Assembly: GCA_036172245.1 (NCBI GenBank)
Contig: JAYWIR010000032.1
Coordinates: forward strand, 2,666,001-2,703,776
Reading direction: 5' to 3'
DNA from: Raillietiella orientalis
Lineage: Eukaryota
DNA length: 37,776 bases
Below the pieces are notes generated by a model. It worked only from the letters and a program-made list of their open reading frames with translations, did not search any database and had not been told where the DNA came from. This document shows positions 24,710 through 35,847 of the stretch, piece after piece (position 1 is the stretch's first letter; each line of letters opens with the position of its first letter). The translations under genes were made by a program, and so were the position numbers.

Positions 24710-24940
24710 CCCATGGAGGAGGGGGATAAGGTGAGTGATTGCCGCCCCCTTCCAACGGTGGAACCTGCTCAGGAGATAGCCATGGAGGAGGGGGAGCAGA
24801 CAGCTGACAAGCGCTCCCCCATGCCGTCCAGCGCAGCCGACGAATCGGCCCCCATGGAAGAGGGTGAGCAGGTGCGTGAAACCCGCCCCCTTCAACCGTT
24901 GCGGTCCGCCGAGGAATCGGCCCCTATGGAGGAGGGAGAA
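24710..24940 (+). repeat. 69-72-bp degenerate coding repeat, four (P/A)MEEG units
   Basis: ATGGARGAGGG at 24713, 24782, 24854 and 24926. Confidence 0.8.
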
Positions 24941-25211
24941 CCGGTGAACGGTGATCCCATTCCTCCATCCGTCCCGCCCGACCAGGTGGCGGGCGCCCAA
25001 TTGCCACTTTCCCAGGAGTAACACCTGGGCTCGCCTGTCGCCGTCGATTACACGTGGCCTGCTGGAACGTGAACGGGTTGCGCGACGACGTCAACAGACG
25101 GGACACGGCCGCCACCCTGCGTGACTTCGACCTGGCGCTCCTGCAGGAGATCCACGTGATCACCGCGGAGAACGTCCAGGAGATCGGAAGGATCGCAGGG
25201 GGGCGACTAAT

Positions 25212-25339
25212 TGTCACCCGGGTGCGCCGGGGCGTTTATTATAAACTATCCGGGAACAGGGTTCCCGGACAAAGGAGACAACAAGAGACGAAGGGGGTGG
25301 GATCCCCGACACGCAGATCGGTATGCCGAAAGTTCGGAA
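25212..25339 (-). mobile_element. Element H: 3'-UTR fragment only
   Basis: Terminal motif at 25214-25240; closely similar to the 3' UTR of element J (33782-33907). Confidence 0.88.
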
Positions 25340-25990
25340 CTTATAAGCAGGAGGATGAAACAGGAAGTGTACCGGGAGCGAAACATCGGAGATCGTTTGC
25401 TCTTCAGGCACTAGGACCATTAAGAGAGCCGGTACGCCTTCCGCAAGGTCAAAGGAGAAGTAGGCGTGCAGGAAAAAAAAGGAGACGCATGTCTTCTGCA
25501 TAGACCAGCTAAGACAGACGTCTGCAGAAATCGCAGAGGCATTCCATCCGCATTTCAGTCTCCCTCAAACGAGAACTCAGTGGGAGGTTTTCCTTCGACA
25601 CCTACAGAAGAGACTTACTCGGCAACAGCAGAAAACCCTGTTAGAGGAAATCCCCATGGAAGAGGTGAAGCAGGTGTTCGCAGGACTCCGTAAGGATCTG
25701 GTTGCAGTTTTCGGAGCCGCAAGGATAAGCACGCAAGGGATGCGTGCCAATTTTGTACTATCAGCGGTTTCTGCACGTTTACTTGCGGTTGTTTCACGAA
25801 CCGACGCTTCGCATCCAAGAAGAACGGAGGCTTTCCGAGGCGTTCCAGGAGAGCAGGATGAGACTGCTTCCGAAGCGAGGAGACCTGACCAAGGTCACTC
25901 AACGGCGGCTCATCAACACCTTGAATACGGACCTAAAGTGGTTGGCCAGGATCTGAGTCAACGGCTTGAGCAAGACGCTGCCATCGGGCA
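25340..25990 (+). pseudogene. Element I: decayed A-family ORF2 fragment (linker to RT start)
   Basis: RRMKQEVYRERNIGDR and YQRFLHVYLRLFH...FQESRMRLLPKRGD align with element A ORF2. Confidence 0.8.
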
Positions 25991-26079
25991 TCTGCCGAAT
26001 GCGCACTTCCCAGGTAGTCTTTCCGAACTTTGGAAGGTTCATCTTAATTTGCAATGCCTGATTCTTTCTGCAGTTGATC

Positions 26080-26612
26080 CATCACATACTGTCTCATCTT
26101 CTGCACCCTCTCTTCGACCACGGTGCCCTCAAAGATTGTGACGGAGGCTGTCCACAGCACTTCTGCACCAGGGGAACATCACTGTCGATGTCATGCGCCG
26201 TTTTTTCACGCGTGTTGCCTTTCACCAGACACGGTGATCGCAACGATCTGTGTTATACGGGCCATCGTCATGGCCCGCCACCTGTGGGAGTCGCGAGCAG
26301 TCCAAACCTGGATTGCAGCCGCCAGCATGAGGAGGGTTGCTAGGTGAACTCTTCTCAAGGAAGGAGCAAGGAAGGAGATCGCCGGCATTCAGCAGCGGTT
26401 CTGAAACAAAGGAATGCCCGAAGCCAAAACTCCTCCCCCTTCTTCTTATATCTTCTTTTGTATTTTTTAGTATCTATTTGTGGTGCACTCCCTCCCGTTC
26501 CGGCTTTCAGTGGGCGCCATTTTGCACTGTGGAACTTCAGTCTTGGAACCTAGGTTCCCAGATGGTTTGTTCTTTTTTGAATAAACGCCCGGGGGCGCAA
26601 CCGAGTGGTAAA
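26080..26612 (+). mobile_element. Element I2: decayed 3' end of a B-like copy
   Basis: VDVMRRFF, IATICVIRAIVMAR, KEIAGIQQRF*; terminal motif at 26580-26608. Confidence 0.8.
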
Positions 26613-26619
26613 GGATTAC

Positions 26620-28487
26620 GCATCTATTTTTTATGGAATCGCATTGAGCCGTAGTTTCTCCGTGTTTCGCGATTTCTTTTTCTTTCCTTTTTGATTTTGG
26701 TTCTTATTTTACCTGCTGCCACGCAGCGTCCCGGCCGTTTTCCTCGCCGCTTCCACTCTGTTGTGTTTGGCTTCTTCTGTAGCAGTAGCCTTCTCTGGTG
26801 CTGCAGAAGAAGCTTTTTTCGCAGCTATTTTTTTCTTATTTTGCCGCGCGCTCTTTGCTGCTTTTAGCAGCCGCGACGCGCACGTTTCTCGGGGAGATAC
26901 CTTGGGAGAGTGTCCTATTACTCCCAACACCTGACTCTGTATTTGGGAACACCCCTTTTTCATATGCCTCGAAGTGTTGCAATGCACGTAATGCTTCGGC
27001 TTCTCTATGTACCGCAATTCGACCGGGTCCCCGGGTAAATTAATGTTGGTGGTTATCACCTGGTAATGAAAAATAAAGAAATATATACATACATCAAAAT
27101 ATGAAAAATAAACGTACAAGTGTCGGACCATTAGACCAACAACGTCCGAAAATGTTCGGAACCTGCCAAGAAAGAGACGACCAGGGAGACAAGAGAGGTT
27201 CACTTCGGCAGCGGAGTGTCGAACAAAAATAAAAACAAAAGTTGATAAAAAAATTAGAAAACATTGGGGGGCACTGTCTGCTGGAGGGTGTCCTCTGCAT
27301 CCTTCAAAGGATACCGGCATCCATCTAAGTGTGCTCCAGGTGGGGCCAACTAGCTGCCGTTCTCAGGAAGAGTAGGGCGAAGCAGATGGCGTCCCTGTCG
27401 TACCGTCCATCTCTAGTGTAGCTCCAGGCCACCGCAATCCCCCTTAGGTAGCAAAGAGCTTCTGGGGATGAGGGAGTTGGAAGGGCATCGCGCACGATGA
27501 GGCTCTTCATCACGTTCCTGGGATTGTCCGTCGGTGCCTGAAGAGTTGCTGCGAATCGCAACCACAGGGACCGGGAGGCAGCTGTCAATAAGCAACTGCG
27601 TGAGGGGCTTTCGGTCCTCGCACCTGCAGCAGTTTGAATCCACAGGCCCGCTGTCTAATGGAATCGGCGAGCATTGCTGATGGAGACCCCAGAGCAGTAG
27701 AAGTGCCGATACCTGCCCCTACAGGGGGAGGGCTTGGCTGTTCTTCAGTGCCGGGGGCCACTTGAAATCTTCCCGTGGGATTCTCAGCAGCTCAACCCAG
27801 AGCAATAGTCTTTTAGGTGGTGCACTTAAGGTCGCAGCGACCGCAAGCTGGCCAGAAGTCCAAACATCTATTTTCTTTCTCCACTAACTGACTTCACAGC
27901 TGAACTTCCATTTAGCCGACCAGCTACTGCCCAGCTGCTCCCTGAGCAAGGGTAGTGCCGAGCTAGGAAGGTTTCTTCCGCCCACGCACACGTGGTAGGG
28001 GCGACTTCGAGTTGATGGAGCAATGCAAGTCTTCCGCGGACGGTTATCCGCACTGCGGTGAGGCCACAAAATAGCCCACCAAACCCTTCGAACGGGGCGA
28101 TCTTGACGCGCAGCGTGTACACCGTTCCGACTTTCGTAAGTTCGCCCTGGATGGCCTCCTTGGTCATTCGGACCAAGCCGAGGCTGTTTCGGTGAGATGA
28201 ACCGTTATGGATTTCGATGAGATGGACCCCTATGAATGAATCCATCGTTATGGGAAGTGTCTTCCTGTCTCTCATCACGACGGAATTCCTCAGTAGCCGT
28301 TGAGCCAGACAGGCCTCCTTGCAGATCAGCTCGACGAGCTGATCCCCGCTGCGCATGGGGAGACCTCCTGGCCTTGCTTGATGGTGTCTTAGGCATTACT
28401 GCCTTCTCCCACTACCGAATCTCCACACTATTCATAAACTGATCTAAAAACTGAGCCGACCCAGGAGCAAGCACGATGCACGTCCTT
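26620..28487 (-). mobile_element. Element O/M: 5' end and decayed ORF1, split by element N
   Basis: GGACGTG at 28485-28479; ...LLHQLEV (about 28005) continues as GDPVELRYIEKPKHY (about 27035), matching HKLVVEGETVDLWYVGKPKY in K. Confidence 0.75.
27052..28000 (-). mobile_element. Element N: 5'-truncated 3' fragment, same orientation as its host
   Basis: KWKFSCEV, FKWPP, CCRC, RTAASWPHL resemble the C-terminus of F; ends ACCAGGTGATAA. Confidence 0.7.
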
Positions 28488-28498
28488 CGGCCTTGGAT

Positions 28499-29420
28499 AG
28501 TCACCTGGTTGCGCCGGGGCATTTAAGTATGAAATAAACATTCAAGATCACTATCTTGAATGTTATCACTATCATTTGATCCTGCCACATTACATATATA
28601 TACAAAGAGGAACGTGCCCAGAACCGGCTCGCTGGCCGACGAGGTTCTTCTCGGCAGCAGAGGGGAAGGGGATACAAACAAAGAGAAAAATAAAACGAAA
28701 ACTCCAAAAAAAAATTGGGGGGTTCGGTTAGGGATCACCGCGTGCTGGAGGGTGTCCTCTGCCTTCTTGGAAGAATGCTGGCAAGTTCCTTTTCCAAGAC
28801 TCCCAGGTGGAACTGCCCTCAAGAAGAGGACCACAAAATACCTACAGGTTCCTGTCATTCTGCACTTCCTTGGCGTAGCTCGATGCAGCCACAATTTTGC
28901 GAAGGCAACACAGTGCCGCTAGGGGTGCAACCGGCGTAAGGGTGTCGCGCAGGAAGAGGCCCTTCAAGCCATCTCTGGTGTTCCCAACGGAAATCCGCAG
29001 GGGCGTGGCAAAACGCTCCTCACAAGGGGCAGAGGGCAACATTCCACTAGCAGGTGTGGGAAGGTCTCTCGCGCTGCGACTGCTGCAGGGCGGGCTTTCA
29101 CTTAACCGGGTCCCATGATGTCGGCGGGGGTTGCACGGGAAAAAGGCCCCGATGCAACAGCAGGATCGCCGAATGCTGCCACTTTAGGGGGAGGGTTGCA
29201 CTCTTCCAGGACGCTGAGGACCCCTTCACCTCCTCAAGAGGAATTCTTAGTTGCTCCCCCCAGCATAGGAGTCCTTTTGGACGGGAAGTTTTTCAAAGGA
29301 CCCTCGGGATGGAAACCCGAGTGTCCCTACAAAACCTCCCAATCAGCTTCCGAGTTGTCCGCGCTCTTCATTGCTTTTTCCCGTTATTACTTATTCACTC
29401 CATTCTCTCCCTTGTTTTGG
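28499..29420 (-). mobile_element. Element P: decayed 3' fragment
   Basis: Terminal motif at 28501-28527; LAALCCLRKIVAA resembles LAALCCFRGIVAA in F. Confidence 0.75.
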
Positions 29421-29429
29421 CGCTGCAAA

Positions 29430-30230
29430 CACTCAATGGTCACCTCCTTTCGAGATGTCCTGAAGAGCAGCCGTATCCTCAGCATTTGAGTTTCGCCACA
29501 AACCGTAGATCGATAAACTCGTCACCGATCCTCAGTCTGTGGGAAAGGCCGCTGTCCACGGGGGCCGAGATGCGCGCTTCGGCTAGGCCACTGATGACCC
29601 ACCCGAAGCCTTCGAAGGGACTGGGCTTAACCCACAGCACGTGGACGGCGCTTCATTGCGCAGATTTGGTCCGAACGGCGTCTCGCCATTCTGACAGCTG
29701 TTCTCGTTAGGTGGACCACCAAAGAGCAATCCACCATGACAGGGGGGAGTTTGCTCTCCACCCATTGGGACGGGAGCTCTCGACAGCCGCCGAGCCGGAT
29801 CCGCGTCTTTGCAGGTCAACTCCATGAGCTGCTTCCCGCTCCGAATGGAGAGTCCCTGGAGCTCCTTCTTTCTCACGCTGGGACGGCGCAGCTCCTTTGC
29901 AAAGGCGCGCGCGGTAACCAGAGAATAAAGACTGCCTGCCTTGTATAAGGATCTGGGGTTCCACCCCCCCTCCAGGTAGGCTGCCGCACGGCCATGGCTG
30001 CCACTGAAGGTGCAGCAGCCGAGGCACCGCATGGCTTCCCGTGCGCGGGATGCAGCTCTGTGGGAGCGGTAACAACCCCACCACCGGCTTGGGGGAGGTG
30101 GACGCTTCCCCTTGTTTATTCCTCGTAGTAATTTCAGGCATTCACGCCTTGCACCGCGTCCGCATCCCCACAACCCTCCCCACACTAAACAGACACAGAT
30201 CCACCTTTCGAGAGCGGGAAAAGAATGAAC
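29430..30230 (-). pseudogene. Element Q: decayed ORF1
   Basis: AYLEGGWNPRSLYKAGSLYSL...LSIRSGKQLMELTCK aligns with K and G ORF1. Confidence 0.8.
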
Positions 30231-30239
30231 TTCGCCGCA

Positions 30240-31060
30240 GAGGGTGGAAGTCCCTTTGGGGTCTTTTCTGTCTTCGTTGCTCCCCTTTTAGCTCTTTTTT
30301 CTTCTTCCAGGTTTTCCTTTTCTTTTTTGGCTCACAAGGTGTGTTGAAGAGCCGTCGGTTTCCTTCCCAGGGTCTCGCAGTTATCTTTCAGCACTGTCCA
30401 CGCCACCTGAGGGTGCGTGTGACTCTTTAGGCTTGAAGTCAAATTCGCAGGGAGTACTTTGTGGATCCAGGAGGGGATCCATTTCTCTCTTACGCTTCGG
30501 AAAGGAGCCTTGAAAGGATCCCTTGCCCTGGTTGTATCCGGAGGAAATACGGAAATGGACCACTTCCTTATTCTCTCCAAAGGAGTTCCCTCCAGGGGGC
30601 CACTGCATTATTTGCTCTCTAAGGGGGGATCCGGCAGGGAACCGCTCCTTATTTCCTCCTTCTCTGAAGAGAACCTCGGAGAAAGCAGCGCCTTTCCGTA
30701 ACACTGGAGAGAAACGGACCCCGAGGGGAGAACCAATCAGCCCCGTCGTACGAATAGAGGCTCCTCTTTCGAGAAAGGGAAGAGCCCCATTTGCACAACC
30801 GGAGTGAAATTCGGAAGGGAACCGGCTCCTTGATTTTTGCAAGGACCCGTCGATTCCCTGTTTCGGCCAGTCAACGAGGGCATCCGACTTCCACCGACGC
30901 CGCACCCGAATGGACCAACCAGAGTTATCTTACAGGGGGAACTTCCAACCCACGACATGGCCCCTTTTTCTCGGCGTCGATCCTTCTTCGGACGGGATTC
31001 GAACCCGCGACTCCTGGTGGTGCTACGCGCGGAGGTCTCATCCTCGCGGCGCCCCACGCG
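30240..31060 (-). pseudogene. Element R: very decayed ORF1-like remnant
   Basis: Patchy matches across frames, e.g. LWRE*GSGPFPYFLRIQPGQG vs LWRRPNPLKDFPSVHIGQG in B; Lys-rich tail. Confidence 0.45.
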
Positions 31061-31858
31061 AACGTCTTTGTCGTGTCTTCCTAACGCTCTAGAGGGTGTC
31101 AACCATGGAGTAGGCGACGTTCAAAGCGACCATTCTTCTCCATCGGAGCGGAGACCGATTCTGAATGCAGTTGGCTGCGGAAAAGACCTTCTCCCACGCA
31201 ACCACATTCCAGCTGCCTCCCGGAGCCGCCTTTACCTGTTAGGAGCACGTTGCGACCCCGGATGTCCATGAGGGACCCCGCGAGCAGTGATTCGCGACGT
31301 GCACGAGGGTTTGTAATCCCTTCTCCCGGGCAGACCTCTCCGGAGCCCAGCCAACTCCCTTGCGACATCTCTTCAGATCCTGCTGGCATGAAGTGACCCA
31401 GCCGGAGTAGCACGAAGAAGCCTTCCGGCCCGAGGGCCAAAGGCAGCGCTCCCCCCTGAAAAGAGGCGGCAATTGGACCTTCTGTGCCGTTTCAGCTGAT
31501 CGTGGCGCGGTTTCAGCCCGATGGCTGTGGTCGGCTGCCATGGGGCGCCGTACTTGACCTTACGGAAGTCCGTTGACTCTCCTTTCTCCTCCGGCTGCAT
31601 CCAATGGGTGTGGCTCGCAGTCGACAGTCTGCAGTCCTCCGTCCGCAAGCATCCATGTTTCTTCCGAGAGAGACGACGCCTTTCTTCTTGGCGCCCACGA
31701 ATCCGCACGCCAAGGGTGTTTTCTAGGAACTCTTCAGAAAGTTCTCCAAAAGAAAGCTCGCCAACTGAGCGATGAGGCGAAGGCAGTCCTTGGCGGAGAG
31801 CTGAACGGAGAGCCGCGTCGAAGACGGCTCGGGACGGGGTTCATCCCGGAAGTGGCAG

Positions 31859-32515
31859 GACTTGTCCGAGGCATCCCAGGTCGCGGAGCAAAGGAACAGC
31901 CTATGGCTCATTGAGTTCAGGAGGAACGCGATCTTCGACGTGAAAGCAGGTGCGGAGGAGGAAGAGGCAGAAAATCTCTGTTGGCAAACGCCCTCCCTTG
32001 AGCCCCCATCCTCTGCTTTCCACCCAGCAGGCCAATTCCACATGCCGCCGGTGGTAGACTCCAGATTTCTAAGGTGGATTCTCGAATCCTCAGACTGTAT
32101 GCAGCTGGAGTTACTAGCGGTGTTTCCGGTCGTCCGGCAGAGGACACGGATGGCGAAGAGCACCATAAGGTTTTTTTTCCTCCGAGGGGTGCTCACGTGG
32201 ACATTCTCTCTGAAACCCCTAAGAGAACTCCCGCTAGATACCAAGAACCTCTTCTGGAGATTCCCGGACGCAAGACGAGAAGCACTCTGCGCAGCGAGGG
32301 CTCAGCAGCCCTGCATGCCAGGAGCGGCACTGATGCCTTCGGAACTCCATTGAAATGGCCGCACCGTAAATTCGACTGGGGGATGCAGAGCTGGTGACCA
32401 CCAATTCCTCTTATGTATGTCTTCACAGGACATGGATCTGCGTACGTGGGAGTCACCTGTCATATGATGGTAGCGTACTGAGGGTCTGCTCGATTGTCAA
32501 CAAGAAATGCTGGAG
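31859..32515 (+). CDS. Possible spliced host gene segment (exons 31859-31949, 32031-32169, 32238-32393, 32429-32515)
   Basis: GT..AG introns give an open, phase-consistent chain, but one donor is weak (GTTTTT), one intron is only 35 nt and no motif is recognised. Confidence 0.25.
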
Positions 32516-33777
32516 GTGGATGCTCGAAAAAAGAGACAGTTGGCGCTTAAGTGGAGGGATCGCACTGTTGCTCCACCAACGCAGCAGCTCTTTCGGAAAG
32601 AGGGTAGGACATGAGAGCTACACGTGAACACGGAAAATTCTGGATCACGCAGATAACAGCTGCACGGAGAAAAAAAATCCATCATGGCTGAAGGAGAAAT
32701 GAGACAGATGAGAGGTCCTGAAAGGACTGGCCACGAGAGCTGTAAAAGGATTTTAAGGTCAAGACGGAGGTCTTTGATGCCAGCATCTTGCTGCCATGGG
32801 AGCAACCCATGAGCTTCCTCGAGAATACCGGTTACTCACGTAGGGGCAGCACCAGTGATCTCCCATCTGTCTAGTCCATGCGTTCCACCTGACTCTCAAA
32901 TGGGATTCATCTGCAACTATGTTATGAGAGAAGCAGAGGCGCTCCCATCCCCGAGTGCGCTCTGCTCATCTGTGCGGTGCGCCATCGCATTCTCTGAGAG
33001 TCCGCCCGATGAGTGTATCCGGGAAACGGTGCGAAGGAGGTCGCGACTTCGTCGGTGGCGTGATGCATGTCTCATGTCTTTGACTGGGGGGAGTCATCTT
33101 GAACGCACGGCAAGCGGATCGCCTGCGAAGCTCCGGTGGGATCTCTCGTACCGGAAAGAAGGAAGATGGCGGCGTGGATTCGTTCCTTGGACGGTGAACC
33201 TCGGATGCTGAACATGACTCTTCTGGGCATAAGTCCGAAACATTGGAGCCTGCTCATCGGGAAGAAGGTAAGGTGCTGTTGCTACTCAGGAAAACAGAGG
33301 TGCACGTGAACACTCATGGAGGTTTCGTGGGACCATTCTCGGTAACGAGACCATGCGCGTTCCAAAGCGCGCTTACAAACTAGAACGAATTGAAAATGAC
33401 AGGAGACGACCTCTTGCTTAGTGGACGCGGAAGCGGAAACAGCAAGCAGCGACTACTTGAAGCGCAGTCTCTTCTCTCTCGAAGACGTCTTCTTTCCGGT
33501 AATCGCTTTCGTTCCCACCGTGCTTCCTTTTCATTCGCGTTCTCTATCTTGTGGTGGACCCACAAGTCAGAGTTGATTCAAGGAGGAACCGCGTTGCTCC
33601 TCGATAGTCATCGGACAGTTCGTTACAGACCACTGGTTTGATGCGTGAGGCATGGTAGGAGCCGCGGGCAGAGTGGTCCGTTGATGTTCTCAAGCACAGG
33701 TGGAAACTGGAGAAGTCAGAAAGGTCATGTATTCTGGTGGAGGTGCGGGTTTCATCTAGAGAAAAGAAAGTCTACTG

Positions 33778-35841
33778 TTTATCACCCGGGTGCGCCGGGG
33801 CGTTTATTAAAAACTATCCGGGAACAGAGTTTCTGGACAAAGGGAAAAATAAGAGGCGAAGGGGGTGGGATCCCCGACACGCAGGTTGGTATGCCGAAAG
33901 TCCGGAAGGGAGGGAGGGGACCACAAATACACTACTATAAAAAATAAAAATAAAAATGTGGTGGGCAGGGGACAGGGGTCTTTGGTGAGTCCGTTCCTTC
34001 CTTTCAAAACCGGCGATGGATGCCGGCGATCTCTCTCCTCACGTCCTGTGGCAGATGGGCCCACTCGGCTGCCGACGACATGCTTGCGCTGGCTAATCCG
34101 GTGGGCTGACGAACGATGGCCAGCTTCTCCAACTCTCGGTGGGCCTTGTCGATGGCGCGGGTGAGACACACGGTTGCAACGACAACGCCTGGCGTGAAGA
34201 AGCGGCGCATCAAGTCCCTCGCGGTGTCCCCCTGGTGCAGGAGAGCTGAGGCCAGCCTCCGCCAGAGACCTAGAAGGGCACCGCAGTCCAGGAGCAGGTG
34301 CGGGAGCGTTTATACTTCCCAGCATTGCTTACAATTTCAAGAGACAACTCCCCCGGAAACACTGGTTGGAGTGAAAACCCCAGTGCACCAGCATGATGAC
34401 GTCCTGCTTCCACGAAAGGGGGAACACAGAAGTGTTCAAACAAAAGGGAGGGACCACAAGTTCTTCGGGGGGCACACTCAAGTGTTCTCTCCACCGAAGG
34501 AGTCCCTTCGGAACGTGGCGAGGTGTGGCCGCGTCCGCCAGCTCGCAAGTCTCCCAGCCTCCAATAGGTCGCGTTGTTCCTGAGATGGTGCAGGCGACCT
34601 CCCATCTCGCCGGTTCGCAACTGTCATCTCTTGCCCTGAGGGCTGACAGTGCGTCGGCGAGGGGGGTGAGGGCCAGGCCGGTCCACTTCTCCTGGCTGCT
34701 GCAGACCTCATCCACCGTGCAGTACGGGGACAGGTGAGCGCAACGAAGTTCCAGAAGGGAAACATCCTGTTGCTTTGCCCAGGCATGCAACGGTTCCTGC
34801 CGCCAGGCTTCAAAGTTCGTTGGGCGGCAGGAGATTCATTCCTGGGCTGCCAGGAGCCGGTAGAGGGGTTTCAAAGGGAAACCGAAACTTGTCGTGGGCC
34901 GCTCCGTGTGCGGCCGCAGCGACAAAAGTCCATCGCTGCCGGTGCAGCGCCGCAGGAGCAGGCGCGCGGGCGTGCACCACGGAGTGGTCCAAATGTTGGC
35001 GCACAGGGCCAACATCCGAAGCTGCACCTGCAGCTCGATTCCCTCCAGCGTCAGGATGCCTAAGCCAGCATCCCGACGCGCAGCCGCCAAGTCTTTCACG
35101 CGGATCCTGGACCTCGCAGGTCCCCACAGAGCGTTCTTCAACAGGCTGTGCGCCTGGAGCTTGGCCGAGTAGGGGGGCGGGCAAACAAAAAGCAGGGGGC
35201 GCAAGAGGGGGCCAATGAAGGTGTTCCATATCGCGGCCCGCTCCGACAGGAAAAACCTGCCAAGATGGAACGGGCTCAGAGCACTCGTAGCCTTCCGAAG
35301 GCAGTCCGACCACGCTTCCACTGACCTGATGTTTCCCAGCGGGACGACTAAGTACTCGAAAGACCAAGCGGTCGGGATCCCCAGGCGGATCCAGTCGGAC
35401 TGCCCCTCCCACGCCGCACCAATAGGTACGACCACGCTCTTGCTCCAGTTTACGCTCATGCCCGCTCCCCGGCGAATCAGCTCGAAGAAATCCTCAAGAC
35501 TGGACGCCGGGGTGGTCATGGGTGAGAGGAGAAGCAGGTCGTCAGCATAGGACGGCACGGACGGTGTTCCTGGACAAGAGCTCGGCAGGTTGGCCAGCGT
35601 CAGCCTGTACGCCCTCAGCGTCAACTCAAAGAAGATGCTGAAGAGCACCGGGCTTAAGCTGTCTCCCTGCCTGATGCCCCGCCGCACCGGCACGCCGTAC
35701 ACGTGGCAGCCGCTAAAAGAGATGGGAATGACCGCGTGGCGCCAGCAAGCGCCCAAATAGGCCACGAGGTGCACCGGGAGACCGAGGCTTTCCAGGAGCT
35801 CCAGAAGAAGATACTGATCCACGCAGTCGACCGCCTTGTGC
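33778..35841 (-). mobile_element. Element J: B-like copy, RT (from HKAxD) to the 3' end
   Basis: RQGDSLSP, SYADD, WKQDVIMLVHWGFH, EIAGIHRRF*; terminal motif at 33782-33808. Confidence 0.92.
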
Positions 35842-35847
35842 GCTCTA

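Larger units (their letters stand above)
23023..25021 (+). pseudogene. Element G ORF1, one frameshift near 23872
   Basis: Joins ORFs 22786..23880 and 23795..25021; knuckles C-x2-CDATGHLKKRC and CFHCGEKGHLRKVC. Confidence 0.85.
22935..25211 (+). mobile_element. Element G: 5' end, ORF1 and start of APE, cut off by element H
   Basis: GGACGTGTTT at 22938; ORF1 from 23023; ACWNVNG...LLQEIH from about 25054. Confidence 0.9.

Noticed and set aside
30992..31011. tRNA gene or tRNA-derived SINE head (minus-strand GCGGG-TTCGAAT-CCCGT T-arm/B-box)
   Set aside because: No convincing acceptor, D or anticodon stems and no A-box; it lies in the decayed R remnant. tRNAscan-SE would settle it
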